A DNA stretch of 64,000 nucleotides, taken from the NCBI RefSeq assembly GCF_006345805.1, contig NC_043022.1:7812001-7876000 (forward strand), written 5' to 3'. A program made the position numbers and the translations under genes. Origin of the DNA: Octopus sinensis (lineage: Eukaryota). Position 1 is the first letter of the stretch; every line of letters begins with the position of its first letter. Below are positions 40,535-53,225 of the stretch, one piece after another. Below the pieces are notes generated by a model. It saw nothing but the letters and a program-made list of their open reading frames with translations. It ran no database searches and had not been told where the DNA came from.

Positions 40535-42002
40535 TATATATATTGTTTGTTCCTTCTTGAGCCATGCCTGACTCATAAGGGCTGGCTTCCCGGTTTTCTT
40601 GGCGTATAGGTTCCCCACCTGGATGGGAAGCCGGTCCCTCGCAAGTGAGACCTCTTGATAATTGATAAATTAGAACATCAATACTCGTTTGTCACGGCTG
40701 TTTGGCTCCAAAAATCACCGTGTTAAATGAATCGGATAAAGGAATAATTGAACGTATGAAGGAATGACACCTCCAGGTAGTTTTTAAACACAAATAATCA
40801 TACTGTTTCATGTTTGGAATAATATTTCGAGCACGGTTTAATAACATGATATATAATAAAAACAAAACATTGGAAAATATTTTTGCTATCCAATGGTCTC
40901 ATGCTGAAGGTTACGCGTATGTAAATAGGTTTAAATGCTCAGTTTCGCAGCACGGTGTTGTAAACGTAAGTGATAACCAATGTATTCTGGGCAGCCGAGC
41001 ATTGTGAGTGATTGGTGGGGCACCTTATTGCAGTCTATGCAGAATATTCGACCGATTGCCGATCCGTGTTAATACAGATCCATCCGTGATAAGCGTAACA
41101 TGGATCTCAGTTGATCATACCGTGTTATCCCGGATCACTGTTGAATGAATCGGTGATAAACGACGATAGGCTATAACGCAATCAAATAGAAATGTTTGCA
41201 TTATAATGAAAATAATAGAAATATCTTTTAGTGGGGATCTGGACAATTTTATCCTAGGTAGGGGTTTGCTTTACACTTCTTTTAATGACTTTACCTATTC
41301 TATTTTCCCCAGAATTTTATTAACCTATTTTGGTTTTGGTAAGAAAATTCTTTGCAACTTTGTTTCGGTTTCTCTTCCTGATGCCCCCCCGAGGAAAATA
41401 AACAAAATAAACAATTATATTAATCACTTATTTCAAAGGTGGTGTTGTCATCAAGTCGGTGTTATGCTTATATCATCTTTATGTTTTCTGGGGATATTTT
41501 TTTTAAAAATCTTTCGTATAATTCACATTCCTGTCCTTCGCGAACAGGCGTTGTTTGGCAGAGTTGTATGATAAGACATTCCTCAACCTCGGTTAGCACC
41601 GTTAGCTAGACTTTATACATACATACACATACACATATACATATATATATATACACACACATATATATATATATATAATATATAATATATATATATATAT
41701 ATATCATATATATACACACACACAAACACACAACACAATAATATCGATATATATATTATATATATATACTATATATATACATACATATATATACATATAT
41801 ATAATATATATATATATTTACTATATATATATATATATACATACTATATATATATTATACATATATATACATATATACAATATATATATATACATATATA
41901 CATATATAATATATACAATATATATACATATATACATATATAATACATACATATATATATACATATATATATGTAATATATACATATATAATATATATAT
42001 AC

Positions 42003-42040
<38 letters not shown>

Positions 42041-42131
42041 ATATATATCCATTCGAACACTCGCGTATATTAATACAAACACAGACATTTTGTGCATATA
42101 TACATATATACGAATGCACATGTATGTTTAT

Positions 42132-42162
<31 letters not shown>

Positions 42163-42368
42163 TATGTACTCAAGCACGCATGCGCTCCCACGCAGATTTT
42201 TTTCTTATTCAACCAAGCAAATATGTACGTGAATTCTCTTGCATGTTCAACATTTCTTTTAAATGACAATACATACGTGCTTATTTTAATTTATTTTCGT
42301 CTATGCGTACGCGTGTATACTTGCATCTGCGGTGCGTTTTGTATGTGCATAAGTGTATACGCATGCGC

Positions 42369-42625
42369 TACGGTTAAAAGTGTGTTTAGGTGTGTATGTA
42401 GACGTACGGTTAAAAGTGTGTTTAGGTGTATATGTATACGTATATAGACGTACGGTTAAAAGTGTGTTTAGGTGTATATGTATACGTATATAGACGTACG
42501 GTTAAAAGTATGTTTAGGTGTATATGTACACGTATATAGACATATGGTTAAAAGAGAGTGTATAGTGTATATGTACATAGGTATGGATGTATACGTATAT
42601 ACACACATACGGTTAAAAGTTTCTA
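42369..42625. repeat. 46-bp minisatellite with TACGGTTAAAAG core, about 5-6 units
   Basis: Core at 42369, 42405, 42451, 42497, 42543 (degenerate) and 42608. Confidence 0.85.
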
Positions 42626-43489
42626 GAGTGAATCTCTATTCTCGGTGCAGTTCCGAGTTCCACGTTACCTAGTGATATTTGGATAACATTTTCTCTTGCT
42701 CCAAAGCCCACCCTATCTTTTAACGCTTTACTTAATCTACCCCCTTTCACCTACTAACCTATCACTCACATCCTACTACACTTCTTCACCGGCTGTGTCT
42801 TTCTTACTTTCTTTCTTTCTTTCTTTCTGTCTAACTCTGTCACTTTCTTGATATCCTTCTTGAAAGTGATGACTATTGTCACGAATAAAAACAATAAACA
42901 CAGAAATAACATAACAAAACAGTAAGAAATAACACGCCTGTAGTCACAATGGAAACAATTCCCCCTCTACCATACTTACATATAAACACTCACACACATG
43001 TAGACACGCGTCTACGTATAAAGGCTTACAGACACGCGAACTTTATTACTATTATCATTATTGTTGTTATTGCTTTTGTTGGTGTTGTTCGTATTATCAC
43101 TGTTGTTTTACACCAGTTGTTCTCCCGCCCAAAATAATGAGGGTCAAAGTTCACAATTTCTTCTAAGTATTACGGCATGTGTTATATATATGTAGAGAGA
43201 GAGAGAGAGAGAAAGAGAGATGTGTGTATATAAATATATGTACATATGTGTAGGGGGAATCATGTGGGGGTGTATATCTATGTATTTACATATATATATA
43301 TATATATATATATATCATTTCGCTTGACTTTTTTTAGTATTTTTAATATTGTATTTTCCTAATTGACGTATGTGCACAGACTTACAGACAAACAGCATAA
43401 CACACGTATACATATAGATAAATATCTCTACGTATCCCAACAAGTCAATGACAGGGAAACGGTTTCGATTCTGTGTGGATAACATCGTT

Positions 43490-44130
43490 GTACTCGTTTC
43501 TCTTTTGACTGCGGCCATACTGGAGGATCGCATTGAAGGTCTTTAGTCGAATGAATCGATCATACTATTTATATTTTCAGTTTTGTAATTATTTTATAGA
43601 TCTGTTTTCTGTTTTTACCGGGGACATGAACATCAAAAAGCACCACATTTGTCATTTATAAAAACACAGGTGTTTAACCGAGTCAGTGACAGTAATGAAT
43701 ACGCTTTTACTTGTTTTAGTCATTTGGCTGTGGCTATGCTGGAGCACCGTCTTTAGTCGAGCAAATCGACACCAGGACTTATTCTTTGTAAGCCTAGTAC
43801 TTATTCTATTGGTCTCTTTTGCCGAACCGCTAATTTACGGGGACGTAAACACACCACCAGCGGTATAATTGAATAACCGCCTCCCCCCAAATTTCAGGCC
43901 TTATGCCTATAGTAAAGGCAGCGCGCTAACAGAATTATCAGCATACTGGGCGAAAAGCTTAGCGGTATTTCGTCCGACTTTACGTTCTGAGTTTAAATAC
44001 CGCCGGGGTCGACTTTGCCTTTCATCTTTTCGGGGTCGATAAATTTAGTAAGAGTCAAGTACTGGTGAAATGTGATCGACTGTTCCCATCCCCACAAAAA
44101 TGTAGGTTTTGTGCCCATAGTAGAAAGGAT
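43490..44130. mobile_element. two family A tails (-) followed by a family M monomer (+)
   Basis: GACTGCGGCCATACTGGAG at ~43508, GCTATGCTGGAGCACCG at ~43733, M core at 43990-44100. Confidence 0.7.
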
Positions 44131-44750
44131 TATTATTATTATTATTATTATCATTATTATTATTGACACTGACTGCAAAAGCATGCTGAAACTCGGCTCT
44201 GAATAAATTTCCGAATTTTTTATAGCATTCACACGTAATAGGATGTATTTTGTAAAATTATTTTATGTTATCGTTTTTTTTTTTTTTTAGAAAAAAGGAA
44301 CGAATCTGCTTTTTTTTTTAGTGAGTTTGGTTTTTTTATTTTCCCATGTTGGAGCAATTGTTTGCTTTTAAATTTAATATTCACAAAGTTGACAGTTTTC
44401 TTACAAAAAATGACATTGATTCCTGTGAAGAAAAATCATAATATTCACCAGAGACGAATATAAAAGACCGAGTGAAAGGGAATTTAACTGAAACAGAAAG
44501 AGAGAAAGAGAGATGGGGGAAGAAATGGGTCTTCTTCGCATCCGCATCAATAACAACACCATTGCTATAGCTATGACAACTGCAGAATACGTGAGAAAGA
44601 AAAAATATTGGTGTCGTCTGCTTCGAATCAATTGGCTGATATTGAATGAAAAATGGACGACAACAGCGACAAGGAGGCCAAAATGAAAACATTGCTTGCT
44701 TGACTCAACCGCAAGGAAGAATATAATATATATATATATATATATATATA

Positions 44751-45143
44751 GGCGTAGGAGTGGCTGTGTGGTAAGTAGCTTGCTTACCAACCACATGGTT
44801 CCGGGTCTAGTCCCACTGCGTGGCACCTTGGGCAAGTGTCTGCCACTATTGTCTCGAGCCGAAGAAAGCCTTGTGAGTGGATTTGGTAGACGGAAACTGA
44901 AAGAAGCTTATCGTATATATGTATATATGTGTGTGTGTGCGTGTGTGTGTTTGTGTTTGTCCCACCAACATCGCTTGACAACCGATGCTGGTGTGTTTAC
45001 ATCCCCGTAACTTAGCGGTCCGGCAAAAGTAACCGATAGAATAAGTACTAGGCTTACAAAGAACAAGTCCCGGGGTTGATTTGCTCTACTAAAGGCAGTG
45101 CTCCAGCATGGCCACAGTCAAATGACTGAAAGAAGTAAAAGAG
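44751..45143 (+). mobile_element. SINE family A, full length
   Basis: Head, internal (TG)n, tail CAGTCAAATGACTG. Confidence 0.92.
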
Positions 45144-45376
45144 TAAGTGTGTGTGTGTGTGTGTGTATATATAAGTAATTGAATGAATTATCTTATTAAG
45201 GATAATTCGAAAGATAACCGATACCTGGGTAGCAAATTCACATCAGAAAGAACACGGTTGAAGCTACGTCCCTATGGCATAGACTACGTGTCTTCGTGCG
45301 GAAATTTGTATGTTTATTTTAAAATTATAAGTATATGAAAGAATGGAGTTGAACGACTAGTTAACAAATATCCTTT

Positions 45377-45459
45377 ATTCTCGACATATGTTTCGAAGGC
45401 TGCATATTCCTAATTCGAAGGATAAGGAGTACATTATGCAGATTTCTCATCAGGAAAAT
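45377..45459 (-). ncRNA. type-I hammerhead ribozyme with intact core and long stem II
   Basis: ATTTTC-CTGATGA-GAA..CTGCATA...TATGCAG..TTC-GAAA-C-ATAT-GTC-GAGAAT: all core nucleotides present, stem I 6 bp, palindromic ATAT loop III, GUC site. Confidence 0.85.
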
Positions 45460-45594
45460 CAAGGAACTTATGTCGACATCAAAATGCACAAAAAACTTTT
45501 AGCTGACCGCTCTCAAGGAGCCCATGGCGATAATGAGTGTCTCTTTATAATGAGTGACGTCAGAGTGGCTGAATGTAGAAGAATCTAGAATATA

Positions 45595-45782
45595 GTTAAT
45601 CCAAACAAGAAAACACAAAAAAAAAACACAACAACGCGAGGATGTGGAACAAATATAGTATTATTGGACGCTCAGGAAAGAAGGGAAGAAGGAAAGTTTA
45701 ACGTCGGAAACATAAGAGAAGGAAAGATCCAGAGAAGGGAAGACAGAGGGGAAAAAATCGCCAATGGTACACACGTGGTCAC
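45595..45782 (-). mobile_element. Penelope-like terminal segment with hammerhead region apparently deleted
   Basis: CCTGAGCGTCCAATAATAC motif shared with 61556 and similar to 1770 and 37464; ends at (TA)n. Confidence 0.6.
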
Positions 45783-46036
45783 ATATATATATATATATAT
45801 GTAACTACACGCTCTGGGTTCGTGAAAATTCCAATCGCCTACGTACATAGAATCTAAAGAAAATTCTATTGTCTATAAATTCAAAAACAGAGTAGAAAGA
45901 AAACTGCAATATTCTAGTCGAACACAAGTTTGGAAAACGCTTCCGGTAAGTGTGATCGACAAAAAGATATATATATATATATATAAATATATATATAGAT
46001 GAGAAAGTTGGTTTGTGAAAGCACGTGGTTGAATAT

Positions 46037-46229
46037 ATAGTAAAAGTGAAAAAACTACAGAAGGCTTGTTTTAAAAGGTTAAAAAATATATATTTGAGTC
46101 ACGGTCATTTCTTCTAAACTATGTCATTGTAAGAAAAAAATTTATAATATTCTTCAGACATATTGACTCAAATATATATTTTTTAACCTTTTAAAACAAG
46201 CCTTCTGTAGTTTTTTCACTTTTTACTAT
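46037..46229. repeat. 65-bp near-perfect inverted repeat with 62-bp spacer
   Basis: 46037-46101 vs 46164-46229, one indel. Confidence 0.92.
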
Positions 46230-46261
46230 TTTCTATATATATATATATATGTATATATATA

Positions 46262-46476
46262 CGAAGGGGTGCAGAAATGTTCCTGCTTGGGTAAAAGAAA
46301 ATACAGGAAGACCAGTTAATTATGATTTTATGCAACATATTCCCTTCTCACATTCACACACTTATTGCAACAGTCCTTCAGTTTTACTAAACCCTGTTAA
46401 AGAATTCGGAAGGCTGGGCCTCCAACCAGGTCTTTCTCAATACCCTTAAAACCAGAAACTTTTCAGCAACCCCTTG
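46262..46476 (-). mobile_element. mariner-derived MITE retaining the transposase C-terminus
   Basis: TIRs CGAAGGGGTGCAGAAATGTTCCTG and, reverse-complemented, CAAGGGGTTGCTGAAAAGTTTCTGG; TWLEAQPSEFFN...CNKCVN..REYV. Confidence 0.8.
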
Positions 46477-46789
46477 TGAGCACCCCCCCCCACACACACA
46501 CACACACAGAGGTAGACATGAGAAGGTTTTGATGTCTGTAACAGTGAGATGGCGTTTAGGACTGTCACAACTGCTATTTGAGTTTAGTGGTGTAGCGGTG
46601 CCGCTTCGAAAAGAAACTGCATCTGGAGGTAAATACAGTTTCCCTATACTGAGAATAAATGGGTGGCATAAAAGACCGTCAAATCAGTGGACTTTGACGA
46701 CGGCAGTCATCTGTGTGTTTTGTAACACGGAAAATTAGAACAACGAACACTAACAGCAATTATCACGATGTAAACAACGATAATAATGG

Positions 46790-46811
46790 TTGTTACTACC
46801 ACTACCCCACC

Positions 46812-46852
<41 letters not shown>

Positions 46853-46911
46853 CACCACTACTACTACTACCACCACTACTACTACTACCACCAAACTACT
46901 ACCACCACTAT

Positions 46912-46944
<33 letters not shown>

Positions 46945-46989
46945 CACCACCACCACCAAACTACTACTACTACCACCACCACCACTACA

Positions 46990-47025
<36 letters not shown>

Positions 47026-47047
47026 CTACTACTACTACTACTACTAC
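46790..47047. repeat. (CTA)n/(CCA)n array
   Basis: Direct reading. Confidence 0.95.
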
Positions 47048-47524
47048 ATCAACGACAGTAGCATTAGCTTTATTTCAGAATAATCTTTCGAATGAGAATA
47101 GCGCTGACGACAATGATGATGGCGATGTCGAAGATTCTGACGCCAATGATGGCAGCTATAACCAAAACACACACACACACACACACAAAAATAACAAACA
47201 AACAAACAAGAATTACAATAACAACAATGATAGCATCAACAAGAAAACATATAGAATCTGTATTGTTTGTTACTCCCTAACGTGATTAGATTTCTTGGTT
47301 TAATGAGTAAAATGGGAGCCGTGTGCAAAAACCAGGAGAACACCTGGTCTTCAGGTCTTCAATTAAGACGAAGGAACCAGCAGAGAAAGTTATTAACAAC
47401 AAACTGTCATGGCGGTGAAATTTTCCTACAAATTTCATCGCCGAAAGCAAGAAACGTTAAAAACAAAATTACACAATGATAATAATAATAATAATTATAT
47501 ATAATAATAATAATAATAATAATA

Positions 47525-47735
47525 CTTTCTGCTATAAACTCAAGGCCTGAAATTTTGGGGTTAGAGATTGTCTATTACATCGACCCCAGTAGTCAGCTGG
47601 TACTTAATTTATCGATCCCGAAAGGACGAAAGGTGAAGTCAACCTCGACGGAATTTGAACTCATAACGCAAGGACGGACGAAATGCCGTTAAGCAATTTA
47701 CCCAGTGTGCTAACGATTCTGCCAGCACCACCGCC

Positions 47736-47773
<38 letters not shown>

Positions 47774-48370
47774 TTATAATAATAGTAATAATAATAATAA
47801 TCCTTCCTACTAAAGCAACAAGGCATGAAGTGTTTTAGGGGAAGGGGTTGTCAATTACATCGACCCTAGTACTCAACTGGTACTTAGCCTTTCATCCTTT
47901 CGGGGTCGATTAAATAAGTACCAGTTACGCACTGGGGTCGATATAATCGACTTAATCCGTTTGTCTGTCCTTGTTTGTCCACTCTATGTTTATCCCCTTG
48001 TGGGTAGTAAAGAAATAGGTATTTCGTCCGTCCTTACGTTCTGAGTTCAAATTCCTCCGACGTTGACTTTGCCTTTCATCCTTTCGAGGTCGATAAATCA
48101 AGTGCCAGTTGCGCACTGGGGTCGGCAGGCCCCCTCCCCCAAAATTTCGGGCCTTGTGCCTAGAGTAGAAAAGAATCGTTAGCACGCCGGGCGAAATATT
48201 TAGCGGTAGTCCATCTGTCTTTACGTTCTGAGTTCAAATTCCTCCGAGGTCGACCTTGCTTTTCATCCTTTCGAGATCAATAAATTAAGTACCAGTTACG
48301 CACTGGAGTCGATGTAATCGACTTAATCCTTTCTCCCCAAATTTGAGGCCTTGTGCTTCCAATAGAAATT
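47525..48370. mobile_element. cluster of SINE family M copies in both orientations
   Basis: Minus copies at 47525-47740 and 47800-47890; plus chain at 47885-48370. Confidence 0.8.
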
Positions 48371-48380
48371 ATTATTATTA

Positions 48381-48423
<43 letters not shown>

Positions 48424-49405
48424 TATTATCATTATTATTATTATTATGATAAATAGAGGAGGAACAACAATAACAACATCAACAACTGCTACAGAAGCAG
48501 CAGGAATCGCGGCAAACCTAAATACTTTGTGTTGATCTATTTTCCCTTTGAATTTACATTTTATTCTTCTTCTTGTTCCTGTCGTAAATTGTGATTTCAA
48601 TTTTTTTCTTCTTTTGGTTGGTTTTTTCTTTCTCTTTTTAATTTGTTTTTCTGATTTTGTTTTCTATCATGTGTTTCTTTTTCATTCATTTTTCTCTCCG
48701 CCCCCACCCCACCTCTTTCCACTATTTCTCCCTCCTATTTCTTTCTCACTCTTCCTTCTCCTCTTCTTCACTTCAACATTGAAACCACAGTAATATAGGT
48801 ATTCATCTAATCATTTATCTTGCTCGTCCCTTCTTCTCTTCTTCTTCTTCTGTTCTTCCCTTCTTTCCTGTTTCTATTTCCTCTTTTTTTTTCAACAAGA
48901 CAAATCACCTCTCTCTCTCTCTCTCTCTCACACCACACACACACACACCATTCTCTCTCTCTCCCTCAGCTTCTCTCTCTCTCTCACTTGCTCTCCTCTT
49001 TCTCTTCTACTTTCTCTCCCTCACTTCCTCTTCCTCTCTCATTTCCTCTCCGTTTCTGTCTCTCATTTCTTCTCCATCTCTCATACCCTCTCTCACTTTC
49101 TCTCCGTCTCACTTTCTCTCCTCTCTCACTTCCTCTGCTTCTTTCTCTCTCTCAATTCCTCTCTTCTCTCTCACTTCTTCCTTCTCTGTCAGGTTATCTA
49201 TCTTCCTTGCCATCAGCACAGTATATTTCACCTAAACATAGTACACTATACCACCTAAGCCATGTCTATCTCCTCTCTTTCTGTTCCTTTACTCTGCCCG
49301 CAGTTTCCTCTAGCATGTGACAAAGGACCATATCCGAATCGTTATACTTTTAGTCTTTGATGTTTTTCCTGTCTTTGAGTGTCAATATATAAATAATTAA
49401 TATAT

Positions 49406-49796
49406 GCGTAGGAGTGGCTGTGTGGTAAGTAGCTTGCATACTAACCACATGGTTCCAGGTTCAGTCCCACTGCGTGGCACCTTGGGCAAGTGTCTTCTAC
49501 TATAGTCTCGGGCCGACAAAAGCCTTGTGAGTGGATTTGGCAGACGAAAACTGAAAGAAGCCCGTCGTATGTGTGTGTGTGTGTGTGTGTGTGTATTTGT
49601 GTGTCTGAGTTTGTCCCCCCTACATCGCTTAACAACTGATGCTGGTGTGTTTACGTCACCGTAACTTAGCAGTTTGGCAAAAGAGACCGGTAGAATAAGT
49701 ACTAGGCTTACACAAAATAAGTCCTGAGGTCGATTTGCTCGACTAAAGGTGGTGCTCCAGCATGGCCACTGTCAAATGACTGAAACAAGTAAAAGA
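49406..49796 (+). mobile_element. SINE family A, full length
   Basis: Head, internal (TG)n, tail ...GTCAAATGACTGAAACAAGTAAAAGA. Confidence 0.9.
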
Positions 49797-50815
49797 TTAA
49801 CAAAATAATGTATTTTGAATTTCCCACCTAGTTACAGCCTGAATGTACTAATATAGAGCATCTCAATGACAGGAATATATTCATATGCTGACTTGGGCAG
49901 GCAAAGAGTTAAATAAGATTAGCTGTTCTTTCAGAAATTGCTCAACCCTTTACTTATCCTGTGCGTCACATGATTCAGAAGACATTTCCCTGAAGTTCGT
50001 GCACCATACATTATATACATCACACCCCAAGTTTTATCAACCACCAGAGTAACTTGGGACTTATGAACGGAAAGCTTTTATATTACTCAGAAAATATGAA
50101 TCAGGAACTGACCAAAAGCCTGCAAACTAGCAAAGACGCTTAGAACAAACTTAGAACAAATGCTTTGGACAAGCAAAGGGGTTCAATATATTTCCAGAGC
50201 TCGACATCGGATAGGTAGTACGATCTTAGTTCCCTAAGATTGCATAATTACCTTTTCGGTAGTTAGTTCTGTGGAGTAGGCCGACAGAAATATGATGTTG
50301 ATGAAGAGAGGTTCTCGTTGTTGTACACCGCACTATTAATAGCAGTTGGTTAGGAGGGCTTAAAATATAAAATGATCACGAGCAAAAAAAAAAAGGGAAG
50401 AACGAAGAAAGCAAATAGTATTTAATATATTGTTGCATAACTCCATGTTTTCCCTTTGCAAAACGATGGAAATACCAACAGCGTTCTTCTGGGAAATATA
50501 TTAAGTTAGACCGCTTAAAATATCCAGCAGTTATTTTATGCGGCAAATAGACACATATGAAAGATATATATATAGTGCGACTTAGATAGACAGATACATA
50601 CATACGTACATACTTACATACATACATACCTTCATACATACGTACGTACATACAGATATACGTTCATAGAAAGGCAAAGGTGTATGTGGTGGTGTAGATA
50701 GGGCTTTACATACACGCTATGTAATTACGTAACTTCGTTTAACACGGAAACGTAGCACGGGGACACAGATAGACATAAATATGTACGGAGATACAAACAT
50801 GTACAGACTGATGAA

Positions 50816-50853
<38 letters not shown>

Positions 50854-51228
50854 CATCTATATAATGAAAGAGTTGCGCTGTGTCTGTATGTGCGTTGATA
50901 TATGTATGTGTATATATATACATGTATAAAAGTGTGTCTATATATATACATACATACAAAGTGTTGCGTTGATGTCTGTACATGCGTTGATGTATGTATG
51001 TGTATATATATATATATACATGTATAATATCTATATGTATGTATGTGTATATATATATATATACATGTATAATATCTATATGTATGTATGAAAGTATATA
51101 TATATATATATGTATGTTTGTATAAATGTTTATGTATATATGTATAAAAGTATATATATATATGTATAAAAGTATATATATATATGTATGTATGTAAAAA
51201 AGTATTTATATGTATGTATGTATAAAAG

Positions 51229-51259
<31 letters not shown>

Positions 51260-52032
51260 GTATATATGTACAAAAGTATATATATATATATTTATAAAAA
51301 GTATATATATTTATGTATGTATGTATATATATATATACACACACAGAAATGAATTTGCTCATAAACAGATAGATAGATGGATAGATGCATACATAAATAT
51401 AACAATATATGTAACATATACATTGATTATATGCAAAACGTATATAACGTTACAGCTTAAGTAAACAGAGACTTGTACACAGAAATGCCACATTTACAAA
51501 TATCTACACAATGTTGTCTCAATGCAGCCATAAAAAAGACAATGCAGCTACCCTATTTATTGGGAGATGTCCAGCAGCGGAGCGAGTGATACAAACTGCC
51601 AAACTGCCGTACTGGAAGAGAGGGGAGATAATGCAGATTTGTATATGAGTTTGTAGGTGTTAATTTTAATTCTGTTTTCTTGACCAAAAGCGGAAATAGA
51701 GATGGAGAGTGACGGAAGCGGAGAAGCGTTTAGGTAGAAAGAATTCAGTGATGTATTGATGTATGTGTGCATATATATATATATATATATAAGTATGTAT
51801 GCCTAAATATGCGTAAATATGTGTATATATGTGTATGTATACAAGTAAGCCACTCGTATATCCATATATGAATGACTGCGTTGTGTTGATGTATATGAGA
51901 GTTTGTGTGTATTTATTTATACACGTCTCTTTCTCTCTCTCTCTCTCTTTCTCTTTCTCTCACCCTTTCTAGATATAAATATGTATTCGCATATCTTATA
52001 TATAGTCCCTTTGTGTATAAATGTATACATGC

Positions 52033-52079
<47 letters not shown>

Positions 52080-52163
52080 CTGTATATGTGCTCATATTCG
52101 CGTTTATATAAACATATATATATATATGCGTGCATTGGCTAGCATCTATGTGTGTATGTATAT

Positions 52164-52212
<49 letters not shown>

Positions 52213-52239
52213 AGCGTGCATTGGTTGCATGTATGTGCG

Positions 52240-52282
<43 letters not shown>

Positions 52283-52632
52283 GTAGAGAGTGAGGTATAT
52301 GCATACAATATCATACAATGAAGTACTATGTGTTAATATACACAACGAAGATGGATGAGATGACCGCGATAGAATGAGTAAAGAATCCAAGGTGTTTGGC
52401 GTTCCGTTTGTCTCCTAATGAAATGTCATTCTGTCACCGCGCTCTATAACTCACAGAGGTAATCTCCATCACTTTTACACGCTGTTCACAACTGTAGGAC
52501 CGTCGCTACTTTCACTTTCGCCTGATAGCCACTTTCAGTTTCACTTGTCTTTCTTCTCCATCACATTGCTTTCGGTTTATAGCTGCTATTGCTACTGTTA
52601 CTATTGCTGTTGTTGTTACTGTTGGTGGTCTT

Positions 52633-52663
<31 letters not shown>

Positions 52664-52819
52664 GCATGTCACCATTTATTCACCCGTTTCTATTTTCGCT
52701 GCGTTTTCACGTCTCTTCGCTGGATTCTTGTTTCTGCTTATTGATATATATTTCGCATTGTACGCCTCACATCCATTTTTTTGCGAATGTTATATTGATC
52801 GTTATAACTGGTGCTGGTC

Positions 52820-52856
52820 GATAGATAGATGAATAGATAGATAGATAGATAGATAC

Positions 52857-52910
<54 letters not shown>

Positions 52911-52981
52911 GGTTAGATAGATAGATAGATGGTTAGATAGATAGATAGATGGTTAGATAGATAGATGGTTAGATAGATGGT

Positions 52982-53044
<63 letters not shown>

Positions 53045-53076
53045 TTGGTTAGATAGATAGATAGTTGGTTAAATAT

Positions 53077-53138
<62 letters not shown>

Positions 53139-53225
53139 GGTTAGATAGATAGATAGATAGATATATAGATGGTTAGATAGATGTTTAGATAGATGGTTAG
53201 ATAGATAGATAGATGGATAGATAAG
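52820..53225. repeat. (GATA)n with GGTT variants
   Basis: Direct reading. Confidence 0.95.

Noticed and set aside
40690-41170. Recurring CCGTG(T/A)TA / TGAATCGG motifs suggesting transposon subterminal repeats
   Set aside because: No TIRs or TSD could be defined, and the motifs are short and irregularly spaced.
47340-47425. Possible minus-strand exon KFHRHDSLLLITFSAGSFVLIEDLKT
   Set aside because: The donor (CAG|GTGTTC) is weak and there is no supporting neighbour or homology.
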